DNA from: Hydrolagus colliei
Lineage: Eukaryota
Length of the DNA stretch: 64,000 nt
Direction: 5' to 3'
Assembly (NCBI GenBank): GCA_035084275.1
Contig: CM068769.1
Span: 2,232,001-2,296,000 of the forward strand
The notes under the pieces are model-generated. The model saw only the letters and a program-made list of their open reading frames with translations, was not told the origin of the DNA and ran no database searches. Numbering within the stretch: position 1 is the first letter of the stretch; each line of letters starts with the position of its first letter. The position numbers and the translations under genes are program-made. Of this stretch, positions 26,286 through 39,165 are shown piece by piece.

Positions 26286-26714
26286 CTCTCTGCTGCACAG
26301 AAGTAAGTGGCGGTGTCTGTCACCCGCAAGTCTCTGATTGTCAGTGTGCTGTTCATCTCTTTTGTATCAGCCAAAGCACTTATCCTCTCCTCCACATTGT
26401 TCTCTCTGGTTCCCTTCACCAGCAAATGGATGGAGCGGTTTCCATACTGTTTGTACCACTGCAAGAAAGGCCTTTCCACAGTGGTTCTGCAGTCAATAGA
26501 TATATTTCCATTTCTTATAAGTAACTGAGGACTCTGTTGCACTTCGCTTTCAGCCAATACACCTGGGTAATAGACATGAACATTCATGGAAATAAATTAG
26601 GAAAACATCTCCAACAAAACTTATAATTATTTAACAGGAAACAAGGATGTATTTGTGCAAACTCACACTCTACTTACAGAAGAGCGACAGCATGAAATTA
26701 AAAATAATACAGGT
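26286..26714 (-). pseudogene. TRAV/TRDV: TCR V pseudogene V7 (paralogue of V11)
   Basis: V exon 26286-26562 is open but has a 6-nt FR1 deletion. The leader ATG reads ACC. A 5-nt deletion destroys the heptamer (AG-CG-CTGCG vs AG-CACAGTG-CTGCG). Nonamer at 26252-26260. Confidence 0.87.
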
Positions 26715-28104
26715 TGCTTGGTAGATTAGTTTTATTGTGAATCCTCGTCGACTCAAATCAGAAACTCTTGGTGAAATGCAAGTAGACACCAGCTAACTGC
26801 TGTTAAACGTTCATGAATGTTTGTCGAGTGCCGCTAACTGTGTAGGTTATAACTATACTCTCGGTGACGCCTCCACTGACGTCTCATTTCCTGTATGTTT
26901 GCTGGTGTGACATTCATTATCCAATCGGCTACCAACAGAGTTCGGTTAGCCCACAAGATAGGAAGTTACTGCACTTTTCACGATTGTCTTCCATTCCGTT
27001 TGAATCAACTGAATGACGTTATCTCGTGCTGCATCAAATTCAATCAAATATAGCTGTTACTGTTATTCATACTATTATTATAAGTTGCTAAGGGAATGCT
27101 CTATCGGACGAAATGTTCCTTCAATGAGTTATAGTGATTCACTAATAGCTTGCATATATCCTTATCAAGCCATTTGATGGAAGATTCTCACAGCTGCACG
27201 CATGCTTTTCTCTCTGAGGGCCGATATTGTGTGTTTGGCAACCCCAACAGTCAGCTTATGTAACACCGTGTTCCCTCAATTATCTGTGAAGTGAACAAAC
27301 AGTTGTGCTGATGGAATGTCTGCCAAGTCACAAGTAGAATCCCTGTTATTGCTCAAGCAGGGACATGGAATTATTACCTACCCTTACTAAAAACCGACTG
27401 GACTTCTGTTTGGTCGTTCAACAGAATGGCAACTTCTCTGACATTTCTAGACATCTCCCAAGCCTCCACTAGAGTGAAAGCCCAGTACATCCGTCAGGAA
27501 CCTAATATATCATACACAGCATGTCACTGTTAAGTGTATTACGTGGAAGTCAGAAGTTTGATTATTATTATATGGTACTGCACCAATAATTTTTAAAATA
27601 TCCGTGGATTTGATAAAGCGACAACATTTTCGCAATTCTCAAAGCGCTTCGCAGAATCTAATGACTTGACACTGTGGGTCTTAGTGGAAGAAACACTGGC
27701 AGGCCAATGCGTAAAGCAGTGTCCCACAAGTACACGTGGATAGAGCGATTGCATTTATATTATCGTGTTTATCTAACGGATTATAAACCCAGGGAAAGCG
27801 ATCCACCCAAGGACTAACAAGAAGGTTCTGAGCAACTGATATGTAAAGATAGATGTTATTCCAGGGTATGGAAAACTGCCTACGGATTCCCAACGCTTGG
27901 GAATCAAACCCAGATCCACTCGAGAGCAAGGCGAGTACTCCAATCTCTGCACTACAGGCCTGCACAGCCTCTGTACAGCACCCTCCCTGCTACAATATTG
28001 TAGCCAACTCAGTGTGTTCGCAGCACCAAGTTGAATGTGTGAGAGGAAGTCACGATTGTCTGCTGAGTTTTTGTACAGTGTATCTGGCCTCCTGTCACAG
28101 TGTG

Positions 28105-28980
28105 GGATGCAGGGCACCGTAATACATCGCGCCGTCACCCACATCAGCCCTGAGTATTTGCAAGTTAAATACTTTATTCTCCTTCTCCAGCTCGGCAGTG
28201 AATCGGTCTGGAATATCAGGAGCTTTGTCTACGGTTCCCGAGCTAAATATCCTGAGCAAGTACTGAAGATCGCCACTGGGATATTGCCTGTACCAGAAGA
28301 CAGTGTTTATTGTGGAATAATTGCAGTTTATTCTCACGTCTTGCCCTTCAAACTCCCTTATCTTAGGAGGATATTGGAATATTACATCTTTACCGGTAAC
28401 TTCTGCAATAAAAAACAACATATTTTACACAGCACAAACATTAATTTGCAATTAGAATAATACGAATGATTACTGCGTTATGTTTCGAGACTTTGCACAA
28501 GAATCAGAGCTTACACAAAACATGCATGCAAAGCACGCACAGAACATAATAACAAATGAATTGTCTCCATTCTTTGCAGGCGAAACATGGCAGGTAAGTG
28601 TTCAAGGCAATGTCGCGCACCCATTCATAGATTGAGAGCTCAAATTACTCTTATTGTAGATAACTGTTTTGGTGGCAATGGGCAGATCTGGAAAGCGATC
28701 CGCTTACTAATTACTGCTCGACTCACAAAGGCGTGTGTATGGTGCAAAGCGACTTGTTCAACAATTATCCATGCCGTCAATCAAACTAAGGTATTCACTT
28801 TTTCAATGGGTGTACAGTGCTCTAAACGCTACACCACCGATATTATCTAATAATAATACTGGCATTTGATATAGTGATTTTTTCACCTATTTTAAAGCGA
28901 ATCAAATGCACTAGGCATTTCCACACATACTTACTGTCTATGGTGAGGATTGCTATCAGTAACAGACAGTGACCTGTCAT
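28105..28980 (-). pseudogene. TRAV/TRDV: TCR V segment V8, open frame lacking the second Cys
   Basis: Leader 28935-28980 (MTGHCLLLIAILTID). V exon 28105-28402 ends MYYGALHP. RSS 28066-28104: CACACTG-23-ACAAAAACT. Confidence 0.87.
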
Positions 28981-30658
28981 GCTGACTGCTGAGGTGAGGG
29001 CAGATAGTGGAATCTCTCCCTGTATATGTCTGTTCGGCTGCTTCAGTTACAAGGAGCGAGACAGCGGCTGATCTGCTGTGTACAGGCAGTGAGTGATTCC
29101 ATAAAATTGTAGGCGTTTCACACTAACCAGAGTATCTTGTCCTTCATCAGCTTCCCATTGGCTACAGGTGGATCCAGGCTAGAACGGCGGGAATAAATAC
29201 ATGTTTTACCCACAAACAAAGGTTAACTATTTAAATTCAAGGACAACCTACCTCTGTTGCTGGTACGATATTTAACGAGTCAGAAAGGTTTTGGTTCAAG
29301 GCTCAATACGGTACATTGAGATGATGGTCCAGACTGAAATTCTAATTCGTGACTCTGTATCTGGGGTGTATTATCAAGAAAACTCAGATAGAGCCACAAT
29401 TCAGTTCATTGTATATTCGTGGGAGAGATTCTATGTTCAAACTGCCTATTGTATTTGTCTTCAAAATGCAGTCATTTATTTTTTAATTAATTCTTACTAT
29501 ACGCTTTACTAGCATCTCCTACATGAAGGCATGTTGTACAAGACATTGACTTTTATAATGACTATGTTTGCAATCCTGTTTCGAACTGCTTCCAAGGCAG
29601 GAAGGCCCAAACTAAGAAATATCTTTAAATGAAAAATTAAATTAAACTGAAACAATTTTATTCTCCTTCTCCAAATTGACCAAATAAAGTGCCCATGAAG
29701 CCATTGAGAAATCATAGCATGATTAATACTATAGTTAGAGCCATACAATGGTGGCTGATTATTTTGTGGAAATGACAATAAGACAGAAAATCTGTCACAT
29801 CAATTGATTCTGGAACAACAATAACATGATTCATGTTTAAGGAAACAAACGTTAGCACTTTTCAGCTGCAGAGGCCACAGTGAGTATGAACCTCCAATAT
29901 CAACTGTAACAGGAAGCACCTGCTACAGCTCACAAGGAAGTTAGCTCACAAGGAAGTTGCAGCTCATGTTAGATACGGTATGTGCTTAGTGCGCCATCTG
30001 CCGGTGGATTGCTGGTACAGAACGTGCACAATTGGAGACATTTCATAGTACATGGTTTCCAACCAGGCTCAACATTCACTTTCTGAATGGCGCTATATAA
30101 ACGCAAGCTATTGATTTATTTACTTTTTTAAATGTTTTACAATCCTTTAGAATACAATCTGTTAGGCACTCGTATGAGGCAGGTCTTCACGAAAGGATGG
30201 AATTTTGAGACTATCTCTGTGACAATACCAACATTGTGCTTAATAAAAATATAATTATGCCTTGCCTTTGATATAGCGCCATACCATATCTTAGAGGTGC
30301 AATAAAGTACTTTACAGAATGTACTGTAAACGATTTGACATGTTGTTGTGTTGGAGAAACGCGAGAACAAAGTTTGCAAATCAGAGATCCATTGGATTGA
30401 ATGACCAATTTAATAATATCATCAATATTCTGAAGGAATTCTTACACCCGGAATAGCGAATCACTAATCCGCTGAAAACATAATTCCGATTTACTGCCAC
30501 GTAAACAGCCATATATGTGTGGAGTAAGGAAACCTGCCCCACATTTCGCTCAGACGTGATTTCAAACCCTTGTATCTTGCCTGTGAGGCGAATGCTTTAA
30601 CCCCTGAGCTCCACATGGTAGTTTTGTAGGACGGTAACGCTGATCTGTGTCTCTTGTG

Positions 30659-31502
30659 GGGCTCAATGCACAGCAATACACCGCCGAGTCTGTGACTCTC
30701 ACTTGGGATATATTTAACGGGACGGTTCTCCCCACTTTATCCACTGTTGCTGAGAAATGTCCTTCGGCAAAGTATGCATATTGTGGTCTGTTGCTGGTGG
30801 ATGTGCTGAGGATATCTTCTGGAGCTGAGTTGGGATAGTGACGATACCAGAAAAAATATAGATTGATGTCGCTTGCAGCTGTATAATTACACTGCAATAT
30901 TGCATTCTCTCCTTGATCTGCTGTCACAGTAGATTGGAGCGGTGTCACAGCGTCGCCTTCAAACTGTCCTAGAAACAATATAAATACATAATAATAATAA
31001 TAAGAATAATAACGTGAATAAGAATGACAATAATCACAAAAATATTGATATTAATCCTTACATTTGCTACAGCGCCTTATTCCGTATCCGCGACAGCAGA
31101 AAGTGCTTCACAGTACATTAATTAAGCACATTTTTAGGACAAAACGTCAGAACAAATTGCGCATTTCCCCCAAAACACCAGTTAATTGATTGATTTATAT
31201 ACGACTTTATATTTTTGGAATTAAATACTTACGAGACGCGATCAGTAAGTTTAACTACAGTAGGGTTCATATCCAGGACTAATGAAACATGGACGTGTGT
31301 GTGGCGCAATAAACTTGCCTGTAGATTCGTCTCCCTACACACTGAGTTACAGGACGCTATCGCTTTTCAAGCCCTGTAGTTTATTGGTTAACTGGTGCAA
31401 TAAGAAAAATTACTCATTGGATAATATGTGCAGGAATATATTGATGTAATTTTGCGGCTTACCTACGAAGATAACGATGGCTGCTGCCAGGTAAATATAC
31501 AT
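30659..31502 (-). CDS. TRAV/TRDV: TCR V segment V9, open frame with degenerate RSS
   Basis: Leader 31463-31502 (MYIYLAAAIVIFV). V exon 30659-30968 (VYCCALSP). RSS 30619-30658 reads CACAAGA-24-ACAAAACTA. Confidence 0.85.
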
Positions 31503-32269
31503 TGTGATATGTGTGTTTACTGACATGTGGTGTTGCGGGAGCGTTGTTGGTGGAGTTCCACACCGTTGCCTGGGCGGCAATTAGATGCGGTGTGTGGTGC
31601 TGAACAAGCTATGGCATTCAGAATTTACTGAGCAGGTCTGAAGTCTACATGGTAAAGAGCTGAAAACGAACACTGAGAGGGTTCAGAGCCAATGGGCAGG
31701 AAACACGTTAAATCACCATTTTCTCAGATGTCTCTGCCCTAGTTATTTGCAAGATTCATTCCTTCCATATTTCCTCGCCGGGCTTTTGGTATACAGCCTT
31801 TTGCGTATAAAACACAAGTATTTGTTAGCACAATTATTCGCCACAATTTGGTTTGTTTCGCTGACTTGCATTGCGTATTTTACTAACCACGTGAAGAATA
31901 TATCTCAAGCTTGTGAGTGAACCAATCAAAAGTTGAGTTGCAGCAAATATTATTGTATTTGATATAGCATCTTATCGCATCTTCAAAACAGTTCTAATCT
32001 CTTTACAAGAAGAACTGCCATCGGTAGCTGTTGGAATGTAGCAGTTTTGTGTGTGACCCTGTAAAAACAACACGTTTGTGTTTACGTGGCAGTCTAGACT
32101 GATTTACACCAGATCAGAAGCTTGTGACCAAATAATTGTGTATTGTAGAAATATATCAATTGTGTGAGACCATTGGACAACGCTTCTGATATGGGCAAGT
32201 TGATTGGGCAAGACAAATCATATGTGTCAGTCCACACTGATTTAGACCAGATCAGAAGTTTCTGACCAG

Positions 32270-35121
32270 ATACACAGCCCCTGCTCCAGACTCGACGCGG
32301 GGACCCATAACACGGACACACGCAGCCCCGGCAACTGGCCCTAAAACCCACAACTCCAGCCTCGGCCGCAGCCCCGGTCAGGCTTCAGACCGCAACGCCT
32401 CTGCATCCCCCAGCCGCGGCCTCATATCTCTTGGGATGATGCCGCCCCATTGACCCTCGCTCCTGGTCCCACGCGTGCGCACTATGGCTGCCGCCATGAC
32501 CCGAGCTTCCCTCCCCCTATTCAAGCTTTTCCCCCCAACCCCCCATCTCCGTTATTTTTTCTACCCTTTGTTCTCTTCGCCCTCCTCGTTTATTGTCCCT
32601 GCTCGACCCTCACACCGCTTCCCTTTGTTCCAGTATTGGAATCCTCCGTCGGGCTCACCGTGGCACTCGGCGCTGGCTGTCCAATAGCAGCCACCCCAAG
32701 TGCCCTGTCCCCCACCATCACCGCCAGCCCCACCGGACACCAACCGGGTGGGTCAACCTCTCCTCCCTTATTCAGATCCCCACCCTCCCCGCCGACCATC
32801 CCAGCCCCCCCTCACACCCCTCGGACAACTGCTTTTTCCGCATCGGCATCCAAAATGTCCGCTCTGTCTGCAAAAAGGCACTGGCCATCAACGATCTCAT
32901 CCTTGGTGAGAACGTTGACATCATGGCCCTGACGGAGACTTGGATCACCCCAGGCGACACTTTCCCCCTTGTTGAAGCCACACCACCCAACTACACATTC
33001 CACCATGCTCCTCGACCCAAACGTCGTGGCGGTGGCGTGGCCCTCATCTCAAAGACATCCCTCGCCCTATCCCCCTATTCCTCCGGCTCCTTCCCCTCTT
33101 TTGAACAACTCACCCTTTCTCACTCCTCACACAGTTCTTTCAAAATCCTACTAGTTTATCGCCCCCCCAAACCCTCCCCCACTTTCATTTCAGACTTTTC
33201 TTCACTTTCAACTTCCCTTTGTGCCTCCTCTGATCCCCCCCCCCCGCCTCACCTCGCAGATCCTCTCCTCAAACGTTCGTTGCGAGGAGATGCTGGATTT
33301 CCTCGAGTCCAAATTTGAGAAAATCCGCTCTGCGGTTTCCTCTCCCCACCACTACTCCACCTCCGCGCCCTCATCAGCTACCTCAACCCCTACTCACCCC
33401 CCATTTCACACTTTCAACCCCACCACTCCGCTTTCAGTCACAAAAATAATCACCTCCATGAAACCCACCACATACTCATTGGACCCCATCACCACGCCCC
33501 TCCTCCGCACCCAGTTCCATTTGTTAGCCCCGCTCATTTCTGTCACCATTAACCTTTCCCTCTCCTCAGGAACCGTCCCTACCTCTCTTAAAACAGCCAC
33601 CATCACACCTATCCTGAAGAAACCCTCCCTTGATGCGTCGCAACCATCAAGTTATCGACCCATCTACAACCTCCCGTTTCTATCCAAGGTCCTTGAAATA
33701 GTGGTTGCCTCCCAGCTCCGCTCTTTCCTTTCAAATCACTCACTTCTTGAACCCTTCCAATCAGGTTTCCGCCCCATCCACAGTACAGAAACTGCCTTGG
33801 TTAAGGTCACAAATTACATCCTAACCGCCTGTGAACAGGGATCCCTCTGCCTCCTCGTCCTCCTTGACCTGTCTGCTGCGTTCGACACAGTCGATCACAC
33901 CATCCTCCTTCAACGTCTTTCCTCCCAACTCAACCTTCAAGACACAGTCCTTGAATGGTTCCATTCTTATTTGACCAACCGTTTACATTTTGTTTCTTCC
34001 AATGGCTTTTCTTCAAACCCCCGCACAGTTTCCCACGGCGTCCCTCAGGGCACTGTCCTCGGTCCCCTTTTTTTCACCCTTTACACGCTCCCCCTTGGCG
34101 ACGTCATCCGCAGACATGGGGTAAATTTCCACATGTATGCGGATGACACCCAGCTGTACATTTTTGCCTCATCCCTCAACCCCCAAACGATCGATGTTCT
34201 GACAGCATGTCTGTCTGACATCGAGTCGTGGACGAGGCACAACTTTTTGCAATTGAACGTGAATAAGACCGAGGCCCTCCTGATTGGCACAAGCCAGCGC
34301 CTCCGCACATCGGGAGCTGCCAGCCTCAACATCCAAGGCTGCACTCTCCACCTCACAAACCCAATCAGGAACCTCGTCATCATGTTCGATCAAAAACTTT
34401 CCTTCCTCCTCCACATCCGTGCCATGACAGGCACCGCCTATTTCCATCTGCGCAACATTGCCAGGCTCCGCAACTACCTTACCCCCCGCGCTGCCGAAAC
34501 ACTTGTGCATGTTTAAATCACCTCACGGCTGGAATACGGAAATTCTGTCCTAGTCGGCCTCCCCAGTTCCTCCATTCATAGGCTGAAGGCCATCCAAAAT
34601 TCTGCAGCCCGTGTACTGTCCCGCACCCGCCTCCGTGACCACATAACCCCCACACTCGCCCGTCTCCACTGGCTCCCCATCCTCCAGAGGATCGAATTTA
34701 AGATTCTCGTCCTCACCTACAAGGCCTTACACGGCCTTGCCCCATCCTACCTAACGGATCTACTCTCCTTCTACACGCCCACCCGGACCCTCCGTTCAAC
34801 AGAACTTGGCCTGCTCCAAGCCCCCCACCCGAACCGCCCCACCATCGGAGGACGGGCCTTCAGTTTCTCCGCTCCCACCTTATGGAATGCCATCCCTCAA
34901 TCCCTCCGTTTCGCTTCTTCCCTTTCCTCTTTCAAGGCCGATTTGAAGACTTTCCTCTTCGATCGTGCCTTTTGTTCCACCCCGAACTCTTTTACCTCCA
35001 CTACGTGTTTCACCCCTTCCCAAACACTCCCCTCCCAGCTCGGGTCACACTCCTGTTGTTCAGCGCCTCGGGACGTCCTCCAGACGTGAAAGGCGCTCTA
35101 TAAATGTAAATTGTTGTTGTT
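32270..35121 (+). mobile_element. L2-clade LINE, long but inactive
   Basis: APE endonuclease ORF 32593-33318 (GIQNVRS, LTETWI, GGGVAL, VYRPP). RT ORF 33221-34516 (LLDLSAAFDTVDH, GVPQGTVLGP, YADDTQLY). Internal deletion/frameshift at a poly-C run near 33235, stop at 34514, tail ttgttgttgttg. Confidence 0.93.
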
Positions 35122-35450
35122 GTGTATTGTAGAAATATAGCAATAGTGTGTGACCATTGGATAACGCTCCAATTATGGGCATGTTGTTTGGGCAAGACAA
35201 TTATATCATGCACTGTGCTGTCTTAACTGATTGGGTCCTGTAGGACAAAGAAAGGGAACTGAGTATATAAGTTGGCTGTTTCGTTTGTAAACTCTCTCTC
35301 GGGTCGACCTACCAAGCATTGTTCCTGTAGTATAACTGGTATGTAGTACTGAATAAAATTCATAAAACTCCATGGTGACTGAAGAGCGTTGCTTTGAGAA
35401 AACACCACAAGCAACACCCATTTCTTCCGAATCTCACAATTTGGCGTAGT

Positions 35451-35910
35451 CAGCAGGATCACAGAAGGTAACAAGGACAGACGTTCTACACGGATTGCCT
35501 AAGGTGAATCGGTAAAGCTCTACGGCTCGATTGCTAAGGGCGGAACACGGTCTACCCCAGAAACGGTAAAGGAGTACGACTTGATTAACAAGGGCGGAAC
35601 ACGGGATGCCCCAGATAAAGTTACGGAATCTTTGTGTTAAAATTCCTCGGCACGTGTGGAGCTGTTTGAACCTTCCCGTGATTCTTACAAGAAGGCGGCA
35701 GGATCACAGAAGGTAACAAGGGCAGACGCGGAACACGGATTGCCTACGGACTACCCTAGCAGCGGTAGTTACCCCAGAAACGGTGAGGGTGTACGACTTG
35801 ATTGACAAGGGCGGAACACGGGCTACCCCAGAAAGTTATGGAATTTTTGTGTTAATATTCCTCGGCACGTGTAGAGCTGTTTTAACCTTCTAGTGATTCT
35901 TACGGAAGAA
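35451..35910. repeat. Two about 245-bp direct repeats with internal aagggcggaacacgg...ccccaga sub-repeats
   Basis: gcaggatcacagaaggtaacaagg begins at both about 35453 and 35698. Confidence 0.8.
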
Positions 35911-36789
35911 CCGGATTCATCAATGAAGAAAAGAGCTGCAGAAGACGAGAACACAGAGTGCGGTTTGACATGATCGAGACATGTTGCTGACAAAAGGTGG
36001 AAGGATAGAAGGCTTGGATCAACGCTCCACTGTTAAGAACTTTCTGTTTATAAGTTTAAAAATGTTTAGAGTACTTTTATTTCATTGTCGCTTTTGCATA
36101 AGCAACATCAACAGTATCATGTTTAGATTGTTGTGACAGAGTCACAACAGGGAGGATTGTTGAAATGTAGCAGTGTTGTGTGTGACTTTGTAACAACACG
36201 TTTGTGTTTATGTGGCAGTCTTGTCTGATTTAGACCAGATCAGAAGCTTGTAACCAGATAATGGTGTATTGTAGAAATATAGCAATTGTGTATGACCATT
36301 TGAAAACGCTGCTATTATGGGCACGTTGATTGGGCAAGACAAATCATATGTGGCAGTCTAGACTGAATTAGACCAGATCAGAAGTTTCTGACCAGATAAT
36401 TGTGTATTGTAGAAATATAGCAATTGTGTGTGACCATTGGATAATGCTCCTAATATGGACACGATGATTGGGCAAGACAATCATATCATGCACTGTGCTG
36501 TATTAACTGACTTGGTCCTGTAGGACAAAGAAAGCGAACTGAGTATATAAGTTGGCTGTTTCGTTTGTAAACTCTCACTCGGGTCGACCTACCAAGCATT
36601 GTGCCTATAACTGGGATGTAGTACTGAATAAAAATCATATAACTCCATGGTGACTGAAGTGCGTTTCGTTAAGAAAACACCACAAGAAACTCCCATTTCT
36701 TCTGAATGCAACACCATGCCCTTTTGTTTCTCCCCTCGACGTCTTTGACACATAATCAATGCATCAGTTAACACACTCTTTTTTTCCTT

Positions 36790-36975
36790 TTCCTGCTTTG
36801 TCTCCTTTGTCCGTCATGTCCTGCCACTCCCCTGTAACGTCCTTCAGGAACTTCTCCCTCCAAACAAGCCCTAGTGCTGACGATGGTTTGTAGACCCGAA
36901 ACGTCAACACTTTTCAATTTCTCAATGGATGCTGCTTGACCTGCTGCGTTTCCCCAGCAAATTTTGTTTCCGTTC
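36790..36975 (+). mobile_element. Penelope-like element terminal fragment
   Basis: ctgacgatggtttgtagacccgaaacgtcaac...gatgctgcttgacctgctgcgtttccccagca resembles the common elasmobranch Penelope-type terminus. Recognised from memory, not searched. Confidence 0.5.
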
Positions 36976-37230
36976 CACTAGTATACTGATTATTGCACTC
37001 CTCTCACCAAAGCGAGAGGACAGTTTTACCATGGGAAAGGGCGAAACCACAGGACAGTTTTGATTCAATTTGAACCGTTTTTTCGGGGATTATTAACCCT
37101 TCCTAAGGATAGATGTTACGGAGCTGCTGCAGCTCAGTGGTTAGAGTTCTCGCCTTACAAGCGCGAGATCTGTGTTTGAATCCAGGTTGCTTAGTGCGAA
37201 ATCATCGACAAGTCCTAACTCCACACAATT

Positions 37231-37280
<50 letters not shown>

Positions 37281-37974
37281 CGGCATAATAATAGTCCATC
37301 CCGTAAAACCACACTCATAAAACTGGTCATTTTAATCCAATATTGAGGGACACTGGTGTGCGGCTTTGGCTGCCACGTTTCGCGCGCAAATATATACAGT
37401 CTATTCACATTGCAGTATATTCCGTGAAGTGATTACAGACATCAATAAAACATGAAACGAGCTAGATCAAATGGATGAATTATTATTATTCGAAATATAT
37501 ACAGTCACTAAGCTTTCTCGTTTATATATTTTAATGCCTAGAAGCTTCTCGGAGATGCGTTGTAGCAATATATCTGATGTATGGATTAAAATATGGATCA
37601 TTTCAAAGTAACAAGAAAGAAATATCGATTCAACCACACTGATGATAGAAATTACCTGTTAGAATAGCAGCCAGAGCCATATACACACTGGGTCCCCCCA
37701 TCTCCAGATCTCACTGCACAGCTCCGTTGTGTCGTTGTCAATAGATTGATTTTGATCTGGGACAAGACACTTGACAGACACTGGATCACTATGGCATCAC
37801 TTCCTGATCCCATGTCATGGCCATCGCCTGCTCAATGTGTGGGGAAGTTAATGTGTCACCATTTATACACTAGTGGGAGGAGATTGTGAAATGAGTCTCC
37901 TATAAGCCAATTCAGTTTGTTGTCAGGCTTGGCAGTGAATTGCAGACTAAATGAGATTAGATAGGTAATCAACG

Positions 37975-38560
37975 GTCGGTTGAATGCCGTTTTCAGCTCT
38001 CGGTAGGACAACGCAAATGCCGTCCTTGCTGGTCTCCCCTCCACCACAATCCATTCAAATCAGCTCATTGAGAATTCTGCCGCCCAGGTTCTCACCCCCA
38101 CCAAATTGCGCTCCACGATGACGCCAGTCTTTTCCAGACTTCACTGGTTCACTGTCTCTTTGACCATCGATTACAAGATCCTCACTATTGTTTTCAATAC
38201 TCTCCAATCCTCTGCAACACCCAACTCTTTGACATCCTCTGTCACCAACACAGCACCCATTGCCATCGATTCTCCGATTCTGGTCTCTCGCTTGTCCCCC
38301 GAGTCCTCCGCTCCAGCATCCGCGGCTGTGCATTCATCCACTATCCCACGACGCTCTGGAATCCATTCCCCCACTCCTTTCGCCTCGCTCCCTCTACCTC
38401 TAGTTTCAGGTCTCGGATGCAGACCTTAATGTTTGTCCGTGCCTTCGGTCACCTTTTAACCCCTGCCACCGGCCCGTCCAGGGATCCACTACTGTGAAAC
38501 GCTCTGAGACGCCGCTTTGCTTAAAGAGCGCAGCATAACTCGAAGCTGTGATGTTGTTGT
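37975..38560 (+). mobile_element. L2-type LINE 3' fragment
   Basis: ORF 38106-38429 TPVFSRLHWFTVSLTIDYKILTIVF matches the L2 ORF2 C-terminus. Tail ttgttgttgtt. Confidence 0.75.
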
Positions 38561-38809
38561 TGTTATTGGTTCCATTGCACCTTCAGCTCAGAGTCTAAAC
38601 TGAAATTCACAGTCAGTGCTATATAAGGTTCGCAGTGGCATCCAATGTTCACTCACTTGAGGAACAGTTCTGCTAACATTTCTGTATGGAAATTACCTAG
38701 AGTGATTGCCTACAAAGCAGAGTACAATACAATGAAAGTATTACAACTCTACAGTGCATCTCACTGAGGTCGCAATTGCCAAGTCCCTGGATATCAGAAT
38801 AATAATGAT

Positions 38810-39115
38810 AATTCTTATATTTTATAAAGCGATGTTCAAATCTTGTCGATTTCTAAAAGCGTTTCCCAGAAAATATCTCCTAATTGAGTTGACTGTATAT
38901 TTTGTACATAACGCGGCAGCTTTTTCCACACAGCCGTGTCCCCTCACAAACAATCGTGGAGTAAAATTACCTATTTTATTTTTGTGTTTTTTCTTGGAGA
39001 GATTACTGTTTTGCGTGTGGAGTAAGGAAACTTGCCTAAGGTTTCGCCCTGACCTGCATGGATTCGAACACATGTCTCACACTTTTAAGGCCAATGCTCT
39101 AACCACTGCGCTACA
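38810..39115 (-). mobile_element. Full-length tRNA-derived SINE (Deu-like core, L2-like tail)
   Basis: On the minus strand: A-box tagcgcagtggttagagc, B-box gtgttcgaatcc, core ctgccgcgtt, tail tataaa. A similar full-length copy at about 48935-49255 and heads at about 12330-12440, 13420-13510, 14545-14650 and 15820-15910. Confidence 0.75.
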
Positions 39116-39165
39116 GGATCTAAACAATAAGCAAATTTCTGCACCTGAGGAAGCTCCAGCTTAGA

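Larger units (their letters stand above)
21260..32020. repeat. Segmental duplication block A (V6-V9 cassette), homologous to 40930-51370
   Basis: Collinear intergenic and V sequences, e.g. 21350 vs 41080, 25370 vs 43800, 27000 vs 45440 and 31990 vs 51340. Confidence 0.9.
32086..36490. repeat. About 138-bp tandem repeat (four units, one split by the L2) within a local duplication
   Basis: The unit gtggcagtctagactga...gggcaagacaaatcatat starts at 32086, about 32221 (resuming near 35121), 36212 and 36351. Flank 35210-35420 is repeated at 36490-36700. Confidence 0.8.

Noticed and set aside
32086-36490. Regular repeats resembling a CRISPR array
   Set aside because: Eukaryotic locus, units of about 138 bp with no unique spacers and no cas genes.
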